IMG/VR virus record: IMGVR_UViG_3300030685_000017
Location: 1-64,000 of that record
DNA length: 64,000 nucleotides
Source of the DNA: a virus
Reading direction: 5' to 3' (one strand)
In this document: in pieces, positions 1 to 9,584 of the stretch
Numbering within the stretch: position 1 is the stretch's first letter
How the letters are laid out: every line of letters begins with the position of its first letter
Notes under the pieces: generated by a model
What the model was told of the DNA's origin: nothing
Databases searched by the model: none
What the model saw: only the letters and a program-made list of their open reading frames with translations
Position numbers and translations under genes: made by a program

Positions 1-309
1 AAATATAGTGTCGGAGCTATAATTTACATATTCTTTTAAAATATCATTATATAAACAAGTAATTGTTACTTCTTTTTCTCCATCAAATACCATAATATAT
101 TCATTATCAGTAATTTTTCCATTAACTATTTCTATGTCTACATTAAGTTCATAATTTGTATTTTTAGATAACCAATCTACAATTAATGTAATGTCTTCAA
201 AAAAACCAATAATTACATATTTTTTATTTGTATTTAATTTTACTTTTTCTATAATTAAATTACATAATACTCCTGTTTCTTTTACATATAATTCATTTAT
301 CTTTCTCAT
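1..309 (-). CDS. hypothetical protein (runs off the window start)
   Basis: ATG at 309 (MRKINELYVKETGVL...) with an AAGGA RBS; the frame stays open to the window edge. Confidence 0.7.
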   Translation of the reverse strand, partial: MRKINELYVKETGVLCNLIIEKVKLNTNKKYVIIGFFEDITLIVDWLSKNTNYELNVDIEIVNGKITDNEYIMVFDGEKEVTITCLYNDILKEYVNYSSDTIF

Positions 310-339
310 TTTTTATTACATCCTTTTCACTCATATATA

Positions 340-993
340 TTATAAGATTTCTGCAATATCAGTTACAACCAAGTCAGCTATATGATATGAAACCGCTTCG
401 TCTGCAAACATCCACCAATCTTTTCTATAGTTAGCATCATATTCTTTTTCTGTAATTGTAGAATTACTTAATATATATTCTTTCACATGTATTTCTGTTA
501 TTTTTAAAAATTCTGCCGTATCAATCATTTTTCCAGTAGTTCCACCAGCGGAAGTGTATCCATCATGAATTAATACCGTACAATCTTTTAATAAGTATCT
601 TTTTTGTCCTGCTAATAGTAACAAACAACCACTAGAATTACATTTACTTAATCCAATTGTATATACTGGAGTTTTTGAAATTTTAATAATATCACAAATA
701 GCCATTACAGCTTCTAAACTTCCACCATCTGAATTAATATATATTTTAATAGGAATTCTATCTTCAATAGGAATATTTGAACTTTCATCTTCTTTATTCC
801 ATTTAATAATATTATGATAATAATCTACAAAATCATCATTTATTAAACCATTTAGATAAATTTTACGTTCTTTAAGTCTTTCATAATATTCAACTAATTG
901 AGGATCTGGTAATCGTAAATTAGATAATTCTTCCATTCCTTCTGGAATTTCTACCGTTAAAAAATCTTTATTAATGCATTTTCCTTTTTTCAT
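340..993 (-). CDS. clpP: ClpP-like (S14) protease
   Basis: IYINSDGG motif; catalytic Ser in KCNSSG, His in LIHDG and Asp in RKDWW. Confidence 0.9.
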   Translation of the reverse strand: MKKGKCINKDFLTVEIPEGMEELSNLRLPDPQLVEYYERLKERKIYLNGLINDDFVDYYHNIIKWNKEDESSNIPIEDRIPIKIYINSDGGSLEAVMAICDIIKISKTPVYTIGLSKCNSSGCLLLLAGQKRYLLKDCTVLIHDGYTSAGGTTGKMIDTAEFLKITEIHVKEYILSNSTITEKEYDANYRKDWWMFADEAVSYHIADLVVTDIAEIL

Positions 994-1014
994 ATTTTTC
1001 TCTTCCTATTCATT

Positions 1015-2229
1015 TTAATCAATAAACAAAGTACTAAACATAGCAGAAGCTTTACTTCTTATATCTTCTTCAAGATATATACACCCAAAATTCGGATCAT
1101 TTTTAAATGCGTTACACATTTTAATTAATGGATTATCATATGTGCAATTAAATATCGCCTGTTTATAATCCCCAGAAAAGAATATACGACTCTTTTCTCC
1201 TAAGCGAGTACCAATTAAATGTACTTGTTTTTCACTTAAATCTTCTGCTTCGTCACATAATATGATGGTATCATTATATGTAGTACCTTTCATAAAATAA
1301 GGAATAGTAGTTGTTAATATACCTTTTTCTAATAGTTCTTCTAATTCTTGTTCTCCACCATCTAATTGTTGTATAAGTGGTGTAAAATAATTACCTGTTT
1401 TTTCTGCTTGAGTTCCCGGAAGAAACCCTATATCTCTTCCTTCTCCTATAGGTTCTCGGCATCCAAGTACATTAGACTGTTCTCCTTTTTTTACTACTTT
1501 ATAAATTCCCATTTGCATACTTAAAAATGTTTTACCTGATCCTACACCACCAATTATAGCTACAATAGGTATATTAGAATTATTTAACAAATCTAAAGCA
1601 CAACGTTGTAATGAATTTTTACCCTTTACTACTCTACTATCTGGTAATTTTAAAGGAACTAATTTAGTTCCATCATATCTTAATTCTGTAATATTATCTT
1701 GATCTATGTCTCGTATAACAATGTATTCATTAATGCATAATTCATTGTAATCAAGATTTTCCATACAAGCATTTATTTCAGCTGTAGTACCTGATATATA
1801 TTTATATCCTTTGTAAATTGCGTTATCTTTATTTTCTAATTTTTCTACTTTTAATTTAAAAATTTTTTCAGCAATAGTTCTACAACATAAATCATTTGTT
1901 ACAAATATTACATTAGGATCATCCATTGCTTTTACACAAGCCATAATTTTACAATCTGGAGTATCTTGCATACCAAATTCTTCTAAGATAGACAACATAG
2001 ATTTTTGAAAAATGATTACTTTATATTTATTACTATTTCTATCTAATAAATGTATCATTTTTCTAGCCTTATATTTAGTATTTTCGTCCTTATTGTAACT
2101 CACTTTAATATTTTCCAATTCTTGTAAAGTAATTGATGAAATAAAAAAGTCTTCTTTAAAAATATTCTGTTGTAATTCCAGTATTGCATTAGTATCATAA
2201 AATTTTATGTTTATAGCGGAAACACCCAC
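1015..2229 (-). CDS. phoH: PIN domain-PhoH ATPase (PhoH2-like)
   Basis: N-terminal PIN motifs (YDTNAIL, FVTND), Walker A GGVGSGKT, IGFLPG, DEAED, GDYKQ. Confidence 0.9.
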   Translation of the reverse strand: MGVSAINIKFYDTNAILELQQNIFKEDFFISSITLQELENIKVSYNKDENTKYKARKMIHLLDRNSNKYKVIIFQKSMLSILEEFGMQDTPDCKIMACVKAMDDPNVIFVTNDLCCRTIAEKIFKLKVEKLENKDNAIYKGYKYISGTTAEINACMENLDYNELCINEYIVIRDIDQDNITELRYDGTKLVPLKLPDSRVVKGKNSLQRCALDLLNNSNIPIVAIIGGVGSGKTFLSMQMGIYKVVKKGEQSNVLGCREPIGEGRDIGFLPGTQAEKTGNYFTPLIQQLDGGEQELEELLEKGILTTTIPYFMKGTTYNDTIILCDEAEDLSEKQVHLIGTRLGEKSRIFFSGDYKQAIFNCTYDNPLIKMCNAFKNDPNFGCIYLEEDIRSKASAMFSTLFID

Positions 2230-2276
2230 CTTCTATTAGATTACAGAGAAGTCTGTCGTTCTTTTCTGTTAAGATA

Positions 2277-2305
2277 ATAATATCATATTCTTTAATAAAA
2301 AGCAA
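2277..2305 (-). promoter_or_regulatory. sigmaA-type promoter upstream of phoH-clpP
   Basis: TTGCTT-17 bp-TATTAT with extended -10 TG on the minus strand. Confidence 0.6.
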
Positions 2306-2332
2306 TAGATATTCACTTATTTTACAAAGAAA

Positions 2333-2572
2333 TTATTTATTTTCTTTTCTACACCATATATCCCAAATTTCTTTTGTAGCTTCTTTATCAAAAACATAAA
2401 TTATAATAGGTTTTTGAGTTTTAAAATCTTTACTTGGATAAATATCTAATGGAATTAATCCATTATTCCAATAAACAGCCGCCTGTAATGGATTTAGAAT
2501 TCTAATTGTTCTATATGGATTATATTCTTTTTTACTTAAATTTAGATCACTTCTAACCTTAGTAGGTTCCAT
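2333..2572 (-). CDS. hypothetical protein
   Basis: 79-aa ORF with a GAGGAG RBS. Confidence 0.75.
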   Translation of the reverse strand: MEPTKVRSDLNLSKKEYNPYRTIRILNPLQAAVYWNNGLIPLDIYPSKDFKTQKPIIIYVFDKEATKEIWDIWCRKENK

Positions 2573-2601
2573 TTTAATTCTTTTCTCCTCTTATTCAAAC
2601 T

Positions 2602-2642
2602 AAAAAAACGGCGATAATCCACTCTTTAGTGAATTATCGCCC
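2602..2642 (-). terminator. intrinsic terminator
   Basis: GGCGATAATTCACT/AGTGGATTATCGCC stem followed by a T-tract on the minus strand. Confidence 0.75.
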
Positions 2643-2685
2643 AATATAATATTTCTATTATAAGTTTTTAATCAATTCACTGCTA

Positions 2686-2955
2686 TTAAGAAATAATAGC
2701 TCTAATCTGTTCTTGTATATCTACATCAAATGTATCAATATTTGTTAAATCACAAGCTTTTAATTTTTCAGTAGAAATTTCTTTTGTATCTTTTTGTAAA
2801 AAATTATCAACTAATATATCAAAAATATTTTTACAATTTTCCGTATCATACAAATTATACCAACTTGATTTCATTTGTGCATTTGCATCATTACATGTAG
2901 GACAAAAATAATATCCTGCACCACATAAAGCACAATGTCTATTTATTTTTGACAT
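2686..2955 (-). CDS. small Cys-rich (Zn-ribbon-like) protein
   Basis: CALC...YYFCPTC motif; lies directly after the tail tube gene. Confidence 0.7.
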   Translation of the reverse strand: MSKINRHCALCGAGYYFCPTCNDANAQMKSSWYNLYDTENCKNIFDILVDNFLQKDTKEISTEKLKACDLTNIDTFDVDIQEQIRAIIS

Positions 2956-2975
2956 AATTTTTCCTTCTTGATTTA

Positions 2976-3761
2976 TTATGCTTCTTCTGGTACAATCAAT
3001 TTATACAAAACCTTTGAAGTATCGCAATAAGCTTGCTGACAGTTAATTGTAAATGGATGTGTACCATCTGTTGTAAATGTTACATCTACAGCCGCATCAA
3101 GTTTAGCATTTGGAAATACCAGAAATGCATGAATCTGAGTTGTAGGATCACAAACATCAGTACCAAGTACTTCAAGAACAAACTTACCAGCTTTAGGAAA
3201 GTTTACAGCATCTCCAACTACAGCTGTACCAGCTGTAATATTATAATCATACATTACAAGGAACTGTGTTCCTGCTGTTAATCCAAGAGGATAAGTGATA
3301 GTATGCGTACTAGAATCATATACAAATTTAGTTGTAGAAGCAGATGTACCTGCCGCATAAGCTGTACCAAGTGTACCATCACCATTTAAAAGATAAATAG
3401 CTGTGACAGCAGACAGCGGTACATTCTGTAATACTATAGTACCTGTTGACTGATATGTAATTGTCTCAAGAGCCGGTGTTGGAATTGTATTAGTAACAGA
3501 TGCAATTGTTTTATCTACACCATTCTGAGCCGCAAACAGACCAAGATCAAATAATGAGTTATTAGCTGTAAATACAGCTTTCTTACCACGGTTAAACGTG
3601 GTAATAGTAGTACCGAGAGCATCTTTAGCTTCTGCTGTATCAGATGTAATAGCAAGCTTTGGCTCGGTAATTTGGTTAATAGACCACATATAAGAACCAT
3701 CTGACGTAGAAGTCATAATTCCACGCAGAACGTGATCAATAACAAAGTTATTAATATTCAT
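2976..3761 (-). CDS. major tail tube protein (probable)
   Basis: Thr/Ala-rich 261-aa protein with strong RBS, located after the neck genes as in SPbeta-like phages. Confidence 0.7.
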   Translation of the reverse strand: MNINNFVIDHVLRGIMTSTSDGSYMWSINQITEPKLAITSDTAEAKDALGTTITTFNRGKKAVFTANNSLFDLGLFAAQNGVDKTIASVTNTIPTPALETITYQSTGTIVLQNVPLSAVTAIYLLNGDGTLGTAYAAGTSASTTKFVYDSSTHTITYPLGLTAGTQFLVMYDYNITAGTAVVGDAVNFPKAGKFVLEVLGTDVCDPTTQIHAFLVFPNAKLDAAVDVTFTTDGTHPFTINCQQAYCDTSKVLYKLIVPEEA

Positions 3762-3796
3762 AATTTTTCCTCCATAAAAAATAAAATGATTTCAAG

Positions 3797-4567
3797 TTAC
3801 GATTGTTTTTTAGTAATTGCCATTCTCGTCCAATCAAATAACTCGGTATTAATTTTAGAAGTATCTACCATACCACTATAGCTACCTTGAAGTAATGCTA
3901 TACTTGATATATAAATTTGTGCTCCTAAATAGGTATCCATAAATTCAAAAATACCGCATTCTCTTAATTCAGACTTTTTATATTTAAAACCCGGATATCT
4001 CATCATAGCGGATATCATTGGTCTTAATTGTGATGTATAATCTTTAGATTGATTTTTATTTATTTCTTGTCGATCAACAGTAATTAATAATTTTTTTACG
4101 GTTTCTGTAGCTGGTTTTTCAACTTTATGACTTATTCCATTTATTTTATTTATAAAATTAGTTATCTTTGAATAAGCCAAAATATCAATAATAATATTCG
4201 TATGTTTTTCATCATATAATACTATTTGTTTATTTGCTTTATTTTCATCCATAATTAATTTTGATAAATCTAATTCTCCAAAGAAAATACTGGTATCTTC
4301 TTTAGTTAAATTTCGTGTCATAAACAAAAATAATTCATAATCGGTTAAAGTAGAGTAGTCTACTCCCATATCCCATAATCTACTTTTCATTTCACTTGGG
4401 ATACAAGTTAGAGCTCTAACTGTACTGTAATATTTTCGTTCACCAAATTCGATAATTTCTCCTATTGTTGGATGATGAATTGTAATATAATCATTAATTG
4501 TGTAATCTTCCCCGAAATACAATTTTAATTCATCTAAAAAAAGAGATTGATCATCCTTATTTTCCAT
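3797..4567 (-). CDS. virion morphogenesis protein (hypothetical)
   Basis: 256-aa ORF within the head-tail gene block. Confidence 0.6.
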   Translation of the reverse strand: MENKDDQSLFLDELKLYFGEDYTINDYITIHHPTIGEIIEFGERKYYSTVRALTCIPSEMKSRLWDMGVDYSTLTDYELFLFMTRNLTKEDTSIFFGELDLSKLIMDENKANKQIVLYDEKHTNIIIDILAYSKITNFINKINGISHKVEKPATETVKKLLITVDRQEINKNQSKDYTSQLRPMISAMMRYPGFKYKKSELRECGIFEFMDTYLGAQIYISSIALLQGSYSGMVDTSKINTELFDWTRMAITKKQS

Positions 4568-4571
4568 ATTT

Positions 4572-5195
4572 CTATCTCCTGCCAGTATTATTTACAACTA
4601 TATTTCCACTAGTAATATTGTTAGGTGTAACATTCTGAAATACAATTGTACGCATAGCATAAGTTTTATCTAAAATCGAAGGTTCATCAGATACTAATAA
4701 TAATTTTGTGCCAAAACAATTACTATAATTAAATTCATCAATAATAATTTGACCTAATAAATCATGACGCATTGCTCCAATTTCTGATACAATATCATTA
4801 TTATTATTTATGTCGCATAGCACATAAAAAATAATTTGACAATTTTTAAAAAAACCATCCAGATCATCAGATCTTAACTGATTATTTATTTCATAACATA
4901 TAAAATTTTTTACTGTGACTTGAGTTGTACTATTTAAAAAGAAATAAGGAAAAATATTGATATACATATAACTGTCTGATTCATCTTCATTTAATGTTGT
5001 ATTATTAAGTAAGTATAATAATTTTCTGCTATTGGTAGCAGTCTTTAATATATCTTCGGCTTTTGTACTTCTCGTTTGTCCTATTAAATGTTGTTTAATA
5101 ATTTCTTTATAATAGATATTATTTGAATCATAAACAGGGGTATTGTTTAATCCCTTTAAATTTATTAATTCGTTTTTGTCCTGTGCAGTTATCAT
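4572..5195 (-). CDS. putative tail terminator / neck protein
   Basis: Position in the neck block; NIFPY, FICYE and RHDLL segments. Confidence 0.5.
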   Translation of the reverse strand: MITAQDKNELINLKGLNNTPVYDSNNIYYKEIIKQHLIGQTRSTKAEDILKTATNSRKLLYLLNNTTLNEDESDSYMYINIFPYFFLNSTTQVTVKNFICYEINNQLRSDDLDGFFKNCQIIFYVLCDINNNNDIVSEIGAMRHDLLGQIIIDEFNYSNCFGTKLLLVSDEPSILDKTYAMRTIVFQNVTPNNITSGNIVVNNTGRR

Positions 5196-5205
5196 AATAT
5201 ACTCC

Positions 5206-6405
5206 TTATAAACTAATAATTTCTAGTTGCATAATTGCAGTAATTATGTTATTATCATCAGTGACAGAACAATTAATAATTTTTCCCAAATAATTCTCAT
5301 TTCCAGTAAATTTAATTTTAATACTTGAATAATCTGTTCCATTTTGTACAAGAGTAATTAAATTATTTGTAAGATAATTTACATTATCAGTTCCTATAAA
5401 AGTCCACTTGTTTGTTGATATTTTGTAATTTGTTAATTCTGTATTATCTTTATTATAAAACTTTACAGTCATAATTTTATAATTACCATTTACTTTTATA
5501 TTATTATTTGTACTAATTACCTTGCCATAATCTGTTGTCACAATTGTAGTAGGATTATCAGTGGGAATAATATAAGAAGAATAATAATTGGCATACATTT
5601 CATAGGGTGTTTCTTTTATTAATGGAATATAATCTGTTGTAGAATTAAATTTATCTTGTGACAAAATTAATTTATTTATTCCTATCGGATATAAATTTTC
5701 AATTTTTGAAACAGACCATACAAATGGATCTGGTCTTACACTAGAAATAATTAAACGATCATCATAAGTTAAATCATCAGAATATATATTTTTAGGTAAC
5801 CAAAATTGATCATTAGCATCAACTTGTTGAGTCTTACTTCCACTATCTACTCCCGCACCAGAACTATTTTTATTACGCATTACTCCCCACATTTTATGCT
5901 TTATTCCATTTTTAATCCAATGAAAATAATAATTACATCTTAAAATATGATAAGAAATAAATTCTAGTTCCATATCTCTAAAACAAATGAGCCATTTACG
6001 ATAAATACCTTGTTCATCTGGTATATCTAAATACATTCCTATCGGAAATTCCATACCATAAGGAGTTTCATAAAAAGAGTCATAATAAGTTAAACAACAT
6101 GTCTGACTAGGTTTAAATTGAACAATATATTCAACATCTGTAGTAGAAATTGTTGGGTACTGTGTTATAACATATTTACATGATATAGCGGTTTTATTTG
6201 TAGTAACTGTATTATGTTGTATATTATAATTTTTATTAACCTCTGATACGTCGTCGTGCATATAATCATATATATAACAAGGTTTTACTTGTGGATCATA
6301 ATTCCATGTATTTTCTATTATATTAGCAGATTGATTTAGATGTGCATTTGCTACTTTAATAGAACTATTGGGGAGAACAGAAGAATAATTATCCAAAGTA
6401 ATCAT
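5206..6405 (-). CDS. putative head closure protein with beta-rich (Ig-like) C-terminus
   Basis: Position in the neck block; ILRCNYYFHW segment; beta-strand-like C-terminal region. Confidence 0.5.
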   Translation of the reverse strand: MITLDNYSSVLPNSSIKVANAHLNQSANIIENTWNYDPQVKPCYIYDYMHDDVSEVNKNYNIQHNTVTTNKTAISCKYVITQYPTISTTDVEYIVQFKPSQTCCLTYYDSFYETPYGMEFPIGMYLDIPDEQGIYRKWLICFRDMELEFISYHILRCNYYFHWIKNGIKHKMWGVMRNKNSSGAGVDSGSKTQQVDANDQFWLPKNIYSDDLTYDDRLIISSVRPDPFVWSVSKIENLYPIGINKLILSQDKFNSTTDYIPLIKETPYEMYANYYSSYIIPTDNPTTIVTTDYGKVISTNNNIKVNGNYKIMTVKFYNKDNTELTNYKISTNKWTFIGTDNVNYLTNNLITLVQNGTDYSSIKIKFTGNENYLGKIINCSVTDDNNIITAIMQLEIISL

Positions 6406-6407
6406 AT

Positions 6408-6719
6408 CTATTCCTCCCCAAGTTTATCAATAAGATTATGAGCATCTAATATTAATTTCCTATAAAGTTTAAAATCACAATCTGGTTTTAAATATTCATC
6501 ATAAGCCATTTGTAAATCTATCATTAAATCTAATACTTCTATGTCTTTATTTAAAATTTTATGTAATGTGGTAATTTGGGTAAGGACAGTAGTAAAATAT
6601 GCATCTAAAATTTCATTATTATCTTCTTTATATAAAAGTAACCAATGAATTTTATTATGCAATTTTTGCTTATATTTTTCAAATTGTTCGGCGGTAAGTT
6701 CTCCATACATTGTATTCAT
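6408..6719 (-). CDS. hypothetical protein
   Basis: 103-aa ORF tightly packed in the operon. Confidence 0.7.
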   Translation of the reverse strand: MNTMYGELTAEQFEKYKQKLHNKIHWLLLYKEDNNEILDAYFTTVLTQITTLHKILNKDIEVLDLMIDLQMAYDEYLKPDCDFKLYRKLILDAHNLIDKLGEE

Positions 6720-6721
6720 AT

Positions 6722-7192
6722 TTAAGATTTTAAATAAGAATTATTAATATATACATAGTTTTTTATAAGACGATAGAATGCCATCTTAGTTTCTATGTAC
6801 ATTTTTTCTAACTGAGCCATATGGTTTGCTTGAGAAGCCGCCTGTACTTCTCTGCCAGTAATAATAATACCAGCATTCAAATCAGAAAGATATTTTGGAG
6901 TTACCCACTTCCACGCAATACCATTTCCGAAAAGTTCAACTATATAATCCATATCAGAAATATCATCTCCTTGAGATTGAGATAATACACAAGTTATACT
7001 TCTATCTGTTTCATCTAATATAATAGATGAAAATAATTTTCTACATTTAGGATCAGATTTAATTGAAATCAGCCATTCATCTAATAAAAGTTTAGTAGTA
7101 TCTGCATCAGATTCATACTTTGCTTTTAAATCGTAAGCGGAAACCAATGACAAAAATCTTGAATAAACTTTATCATAAGTTATTGTCAACAT
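6722..7192 (-). CDS. putative head-tail adaptor
   Basis: Helical 156-aa protein two genes after the capsid gene; C-terminal SQANHM motif. Confidence 0.55.
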   Translation of the reverse strand: MLTITYDKVYSRFLSLVSAYDLKAKYESDADTTKLLLDEWLISIKSDPKCRKLFSSIILDETDRSITCVLSQSQGDDISDMDYIVELFGNGIAWKWVTPKYLSDLNAGIIITGREVQAASQANHMAQLEKMYIETKMAFYRLIKNYVYINNSYLKS

Positions 7193-7206
7193 GGCATCTC
7201 CTTTAC

Positions 7207-7818
7207 TTAGTTATTAGCTACATAGCTATTCATTAAATCAGTTCCAAGAACTTCATCAACGATTTTAATTTTGTTAATACTATCAAGACTACCGTCTTCA
7301 ATTTTACTCATAGCTATAGATCTAAATGTATTTTTAAGTCCATTTGGAGCTTCTGCTAAAATTCTCTTAAAATTACCAAGATCTAAATTAAAAGCTTCCT
7401 GAATGTCTTCTGGACTATAAAGTTTTGAATAAACTTCTTCATTAACCCCTTGCCATTCTTTAGTTTTAAGCAATTCTTCATCATCAATAATAAAAAGTGG
7501 TGAATAAATATACTGACTTTTAACCAATTTAGCGGCTTTAAGATCTTGATATTCCACAGCAGTTACATCTCCGTAACCGTTCCAAATATACATGTTTTCT
7601 GTTTTTTTGCCAATTAAAATTAATTTTCCTACAGTAATAGATTTACAGGGAATTTCATCTGTTGCGGCATAAACTTTTTCTTTCGCTGATACAGGTGATT
7701 TAACTTCCTCTATTTTAACTTCTTTTACTTCTTTAATTGGTTCTACCTTTACTACTTCTTTTCCTGCTACAATAGTAGCCTTTTTAACTGTACTTTTAGT
7801 TGTATTAGCTGTTGCCAT
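7207..7818 (-). CDS. conserved head-module hypothetical protein
   Basis: ATG at 7818 has an AAGGAG RBS; follows the capsid gene. Confidence 0.7.
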   Translation of the reverse strand: MATANTTKSTVKKATIVAGKEVVKVEPIKEVKEVKIEEVKSPVSAKEKVYAATDEIPCKSITVGKLILIGKKTENMYIWNGYGDVTAVEYQDLKAAKLVKSQYIYSPLFIIDDEELLKTKEWQGVNEEVYSKLYSPEDIQEAFNLDLGNFKRILAEAPNGLKNTFRSIAMSKIEDGSLDSINKIKIVDEVLGTDLMNSYVANN

Positions 7819-7866
7819 AATTTTAATCTCCTTGTAATTCTTCAATTTTTATTTTTATTTTTATAT

Positions 7867-7892
7867 AGCGGAGGAAAATAAATTCCTCCGCT
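7867..7892 (-). terminator. hairpin/terminator after the major capsid gene
   Basis: AGCGGAGGAA/TTCCTCCGCT inverted repeat. Confidence 0.6.
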
Positions 7893-7906
7893 TAACCTAA
7901 CTATAA

Positions 7907-9025
7907 TTATGCTGTAATTGTCCAAATACCGAACAGTCTACTAATGACTACACCAACGCCCATTTTAGCCTGATATTCATATTCAAGCGTTTTATCAACG
8001 TTTGTAGTACCATCAGAAACTTCATTAACCATTGAGTCGCCTTCATTAATAAGTTTAATAAACTTATTATCATTTACATTCGGCATAATCAGTAATTTAG
8101 TATTATCTACAAGTCTAGTAGTAGTATCATTATCAGCAAAAGCCTGTGGAATTTCAAACAGAGTAATTCCTTCAAATGTACCGAGTCTACCTGTAGTATT
8201 TCTTTCCTGTTTCATTTCATTAGAAATCCAGTCAACAAGAGCAAGTTTGGTAAGATTAGAAAGAGCCGCTCTAGTACCCATAATAACTACATCAGTACCA
8301 TTTGCTGTCTGTACATCTTCAACTAACTGCATAAACTGATCTTTAGTAGTAGTAGACAAAGGTGAACTTACCTGCCACTGAGAACCAGCCGGAAGAGAAA
8401 TTCCAACACTTGTTACAGAACTGTAAACCATAGAGTTTACTTTCTTATCAAATGCTTCATATACTTTTTGGATAAACATAGCCCAGTCAATACGACCAGC
8501 CATAAACTGCTCATACTCAGCATAGATTTTAATTCCGTACCAATTTGTTTTAATAGAGTACTCAGCACCTTCTGTAAGTCTCTGTCTCAATAAGTTATGA
8601 TGATTACCAGAAACCTGTGAAACTGTAAGAATCATCTGTGTAGGAGCATAAAAGATATTCTCATCTCCATCATTGATATTCTTTGTCTCTACAAACTGCT
8701 GAAAAAATGGGTTAGCACCCCAACCAGATTGAAGCATATTCTGCAATGTATCTTCAACTACTTCAAATACATCAGTTTTATGTTTACGAATTGCTCTACG
8801 AATTGTTTTTCTATCAGAAGAAGCTTCAATTCCAAGTACATTAAACATAATATTTCTGATCTGATCATTGGCTTCAACTTTTGATACTGTATTTCCTTCA
8901 GCATCAAATATTTCTTTCTTACCGCCTACATCATTCATAAGTTCTGTAAAAGCGGCAAAAGAACATTTACTTTCATCAGCAAATACTGCTGTTGTATGTT
9001 CATTACTAAAATTCATTCTTGACAT
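7907..9025 (-). CDS. major capsid protein
   Basis: 372 aa, strong GGAGG RBS, located after the protease/scaffold and decoration genes. Confidence 0.85.
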   Translation of the reverse strand: MSRMNFSNEHTTAVFADESKCSFAAFTELMNDVGGKKEIFDAEGNTVSKVEANDQIRNIMFNVLGIEASSDRKTIRRAIRKHKTDVFEVVEDTLQNMLQSGWGANPFFQQFVETKNINDGDENIFYAPTQMILTVSQVSGNHHNLLRQRLTEGAEYSIKTNWYGIKIYAEYEQFMAGRIDWAMFIQKVYEAFDKKVNSMVYSSVTSVGISLPAGSQWQVSSPLSTTTKDQFMQLVEDVQTANGTDVVIMGTRAALSNLTKLALVDWISNEMKQERNTTGRLGTFEGITLFEIPQAFADNDTTTRLVDNTKLLIMPNVNDNKFIKLINEGDSMVNEVSDGTTNVDKTLEYEYQAKMGVGVVISRLFGIWTITA

Positions 9026-9047
9026 TATTTTATTCCTCCCTTCTTAA

Positions 9048-9536
9048 TTATGCGCTAATTTTAACCTGTTTAGTAGTAGCATCAACGGTTACAGCGGCAT
9101 CAATAACTGGTGTACCCGAAAATCCTACGGCAGATAACTCAAAGGTATCACCCGGGAACAGCGGATATGAACGAACAACATCACCGTTAGCATTATAAAA
9201 AGCACTATCAGCTTTTATAATACTATTAAATTCATAAGTATTCATAGGTACTGCAAGCAGAAAATAAGCATTTACTGCTGTAAGTACATCTACATAAAAA
9301 TTACCATTACTTGCTTTTTCGTGACGGATTTTACCAGTAAATGTTGTTGCTACTGCTTCTGCATAAATTTCTCCAGTAACATTAGCACCTTTACCTACAA
9401 TAACTCCATTATCATGATCAGCGGTGATTTTAATATTAATACATCCTTCACCACCAACACCTTTAGTAGCAGTAAGGTTAGAACTACCAGCAACAGCATG
9501 TTTAGCCGCTGACAGATTTACTATACTCTGTGCCAT
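9048..9536 (-). CDS. head decoration protein (probable)
   Basis: Small Ala/Val/Gly-rich protein (DNGVIV, GDTFELS) between the scaffold and capsid genes. Confidence 0.65.
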   Translation of the reverse strand: MAQSIVNLSAAKHAVAGSSNLTATKGVGGEGCINIKITADHDNGVIVGKGANVTGEIYAEAVATTFTGKIRHEKASNGNFYVDVLTAVNAYFLLAVPMNTYEFNSIIKADSAFYNANGDVVRSYPLFPGDTFELSAVGFSGTPVIDAAVTVDATTKQVKISA

Positions 9537-9584
9537 ATTTTTTTCCTCCTAATTTAGAACTTAACATAAGTTCAAAAACGTTTA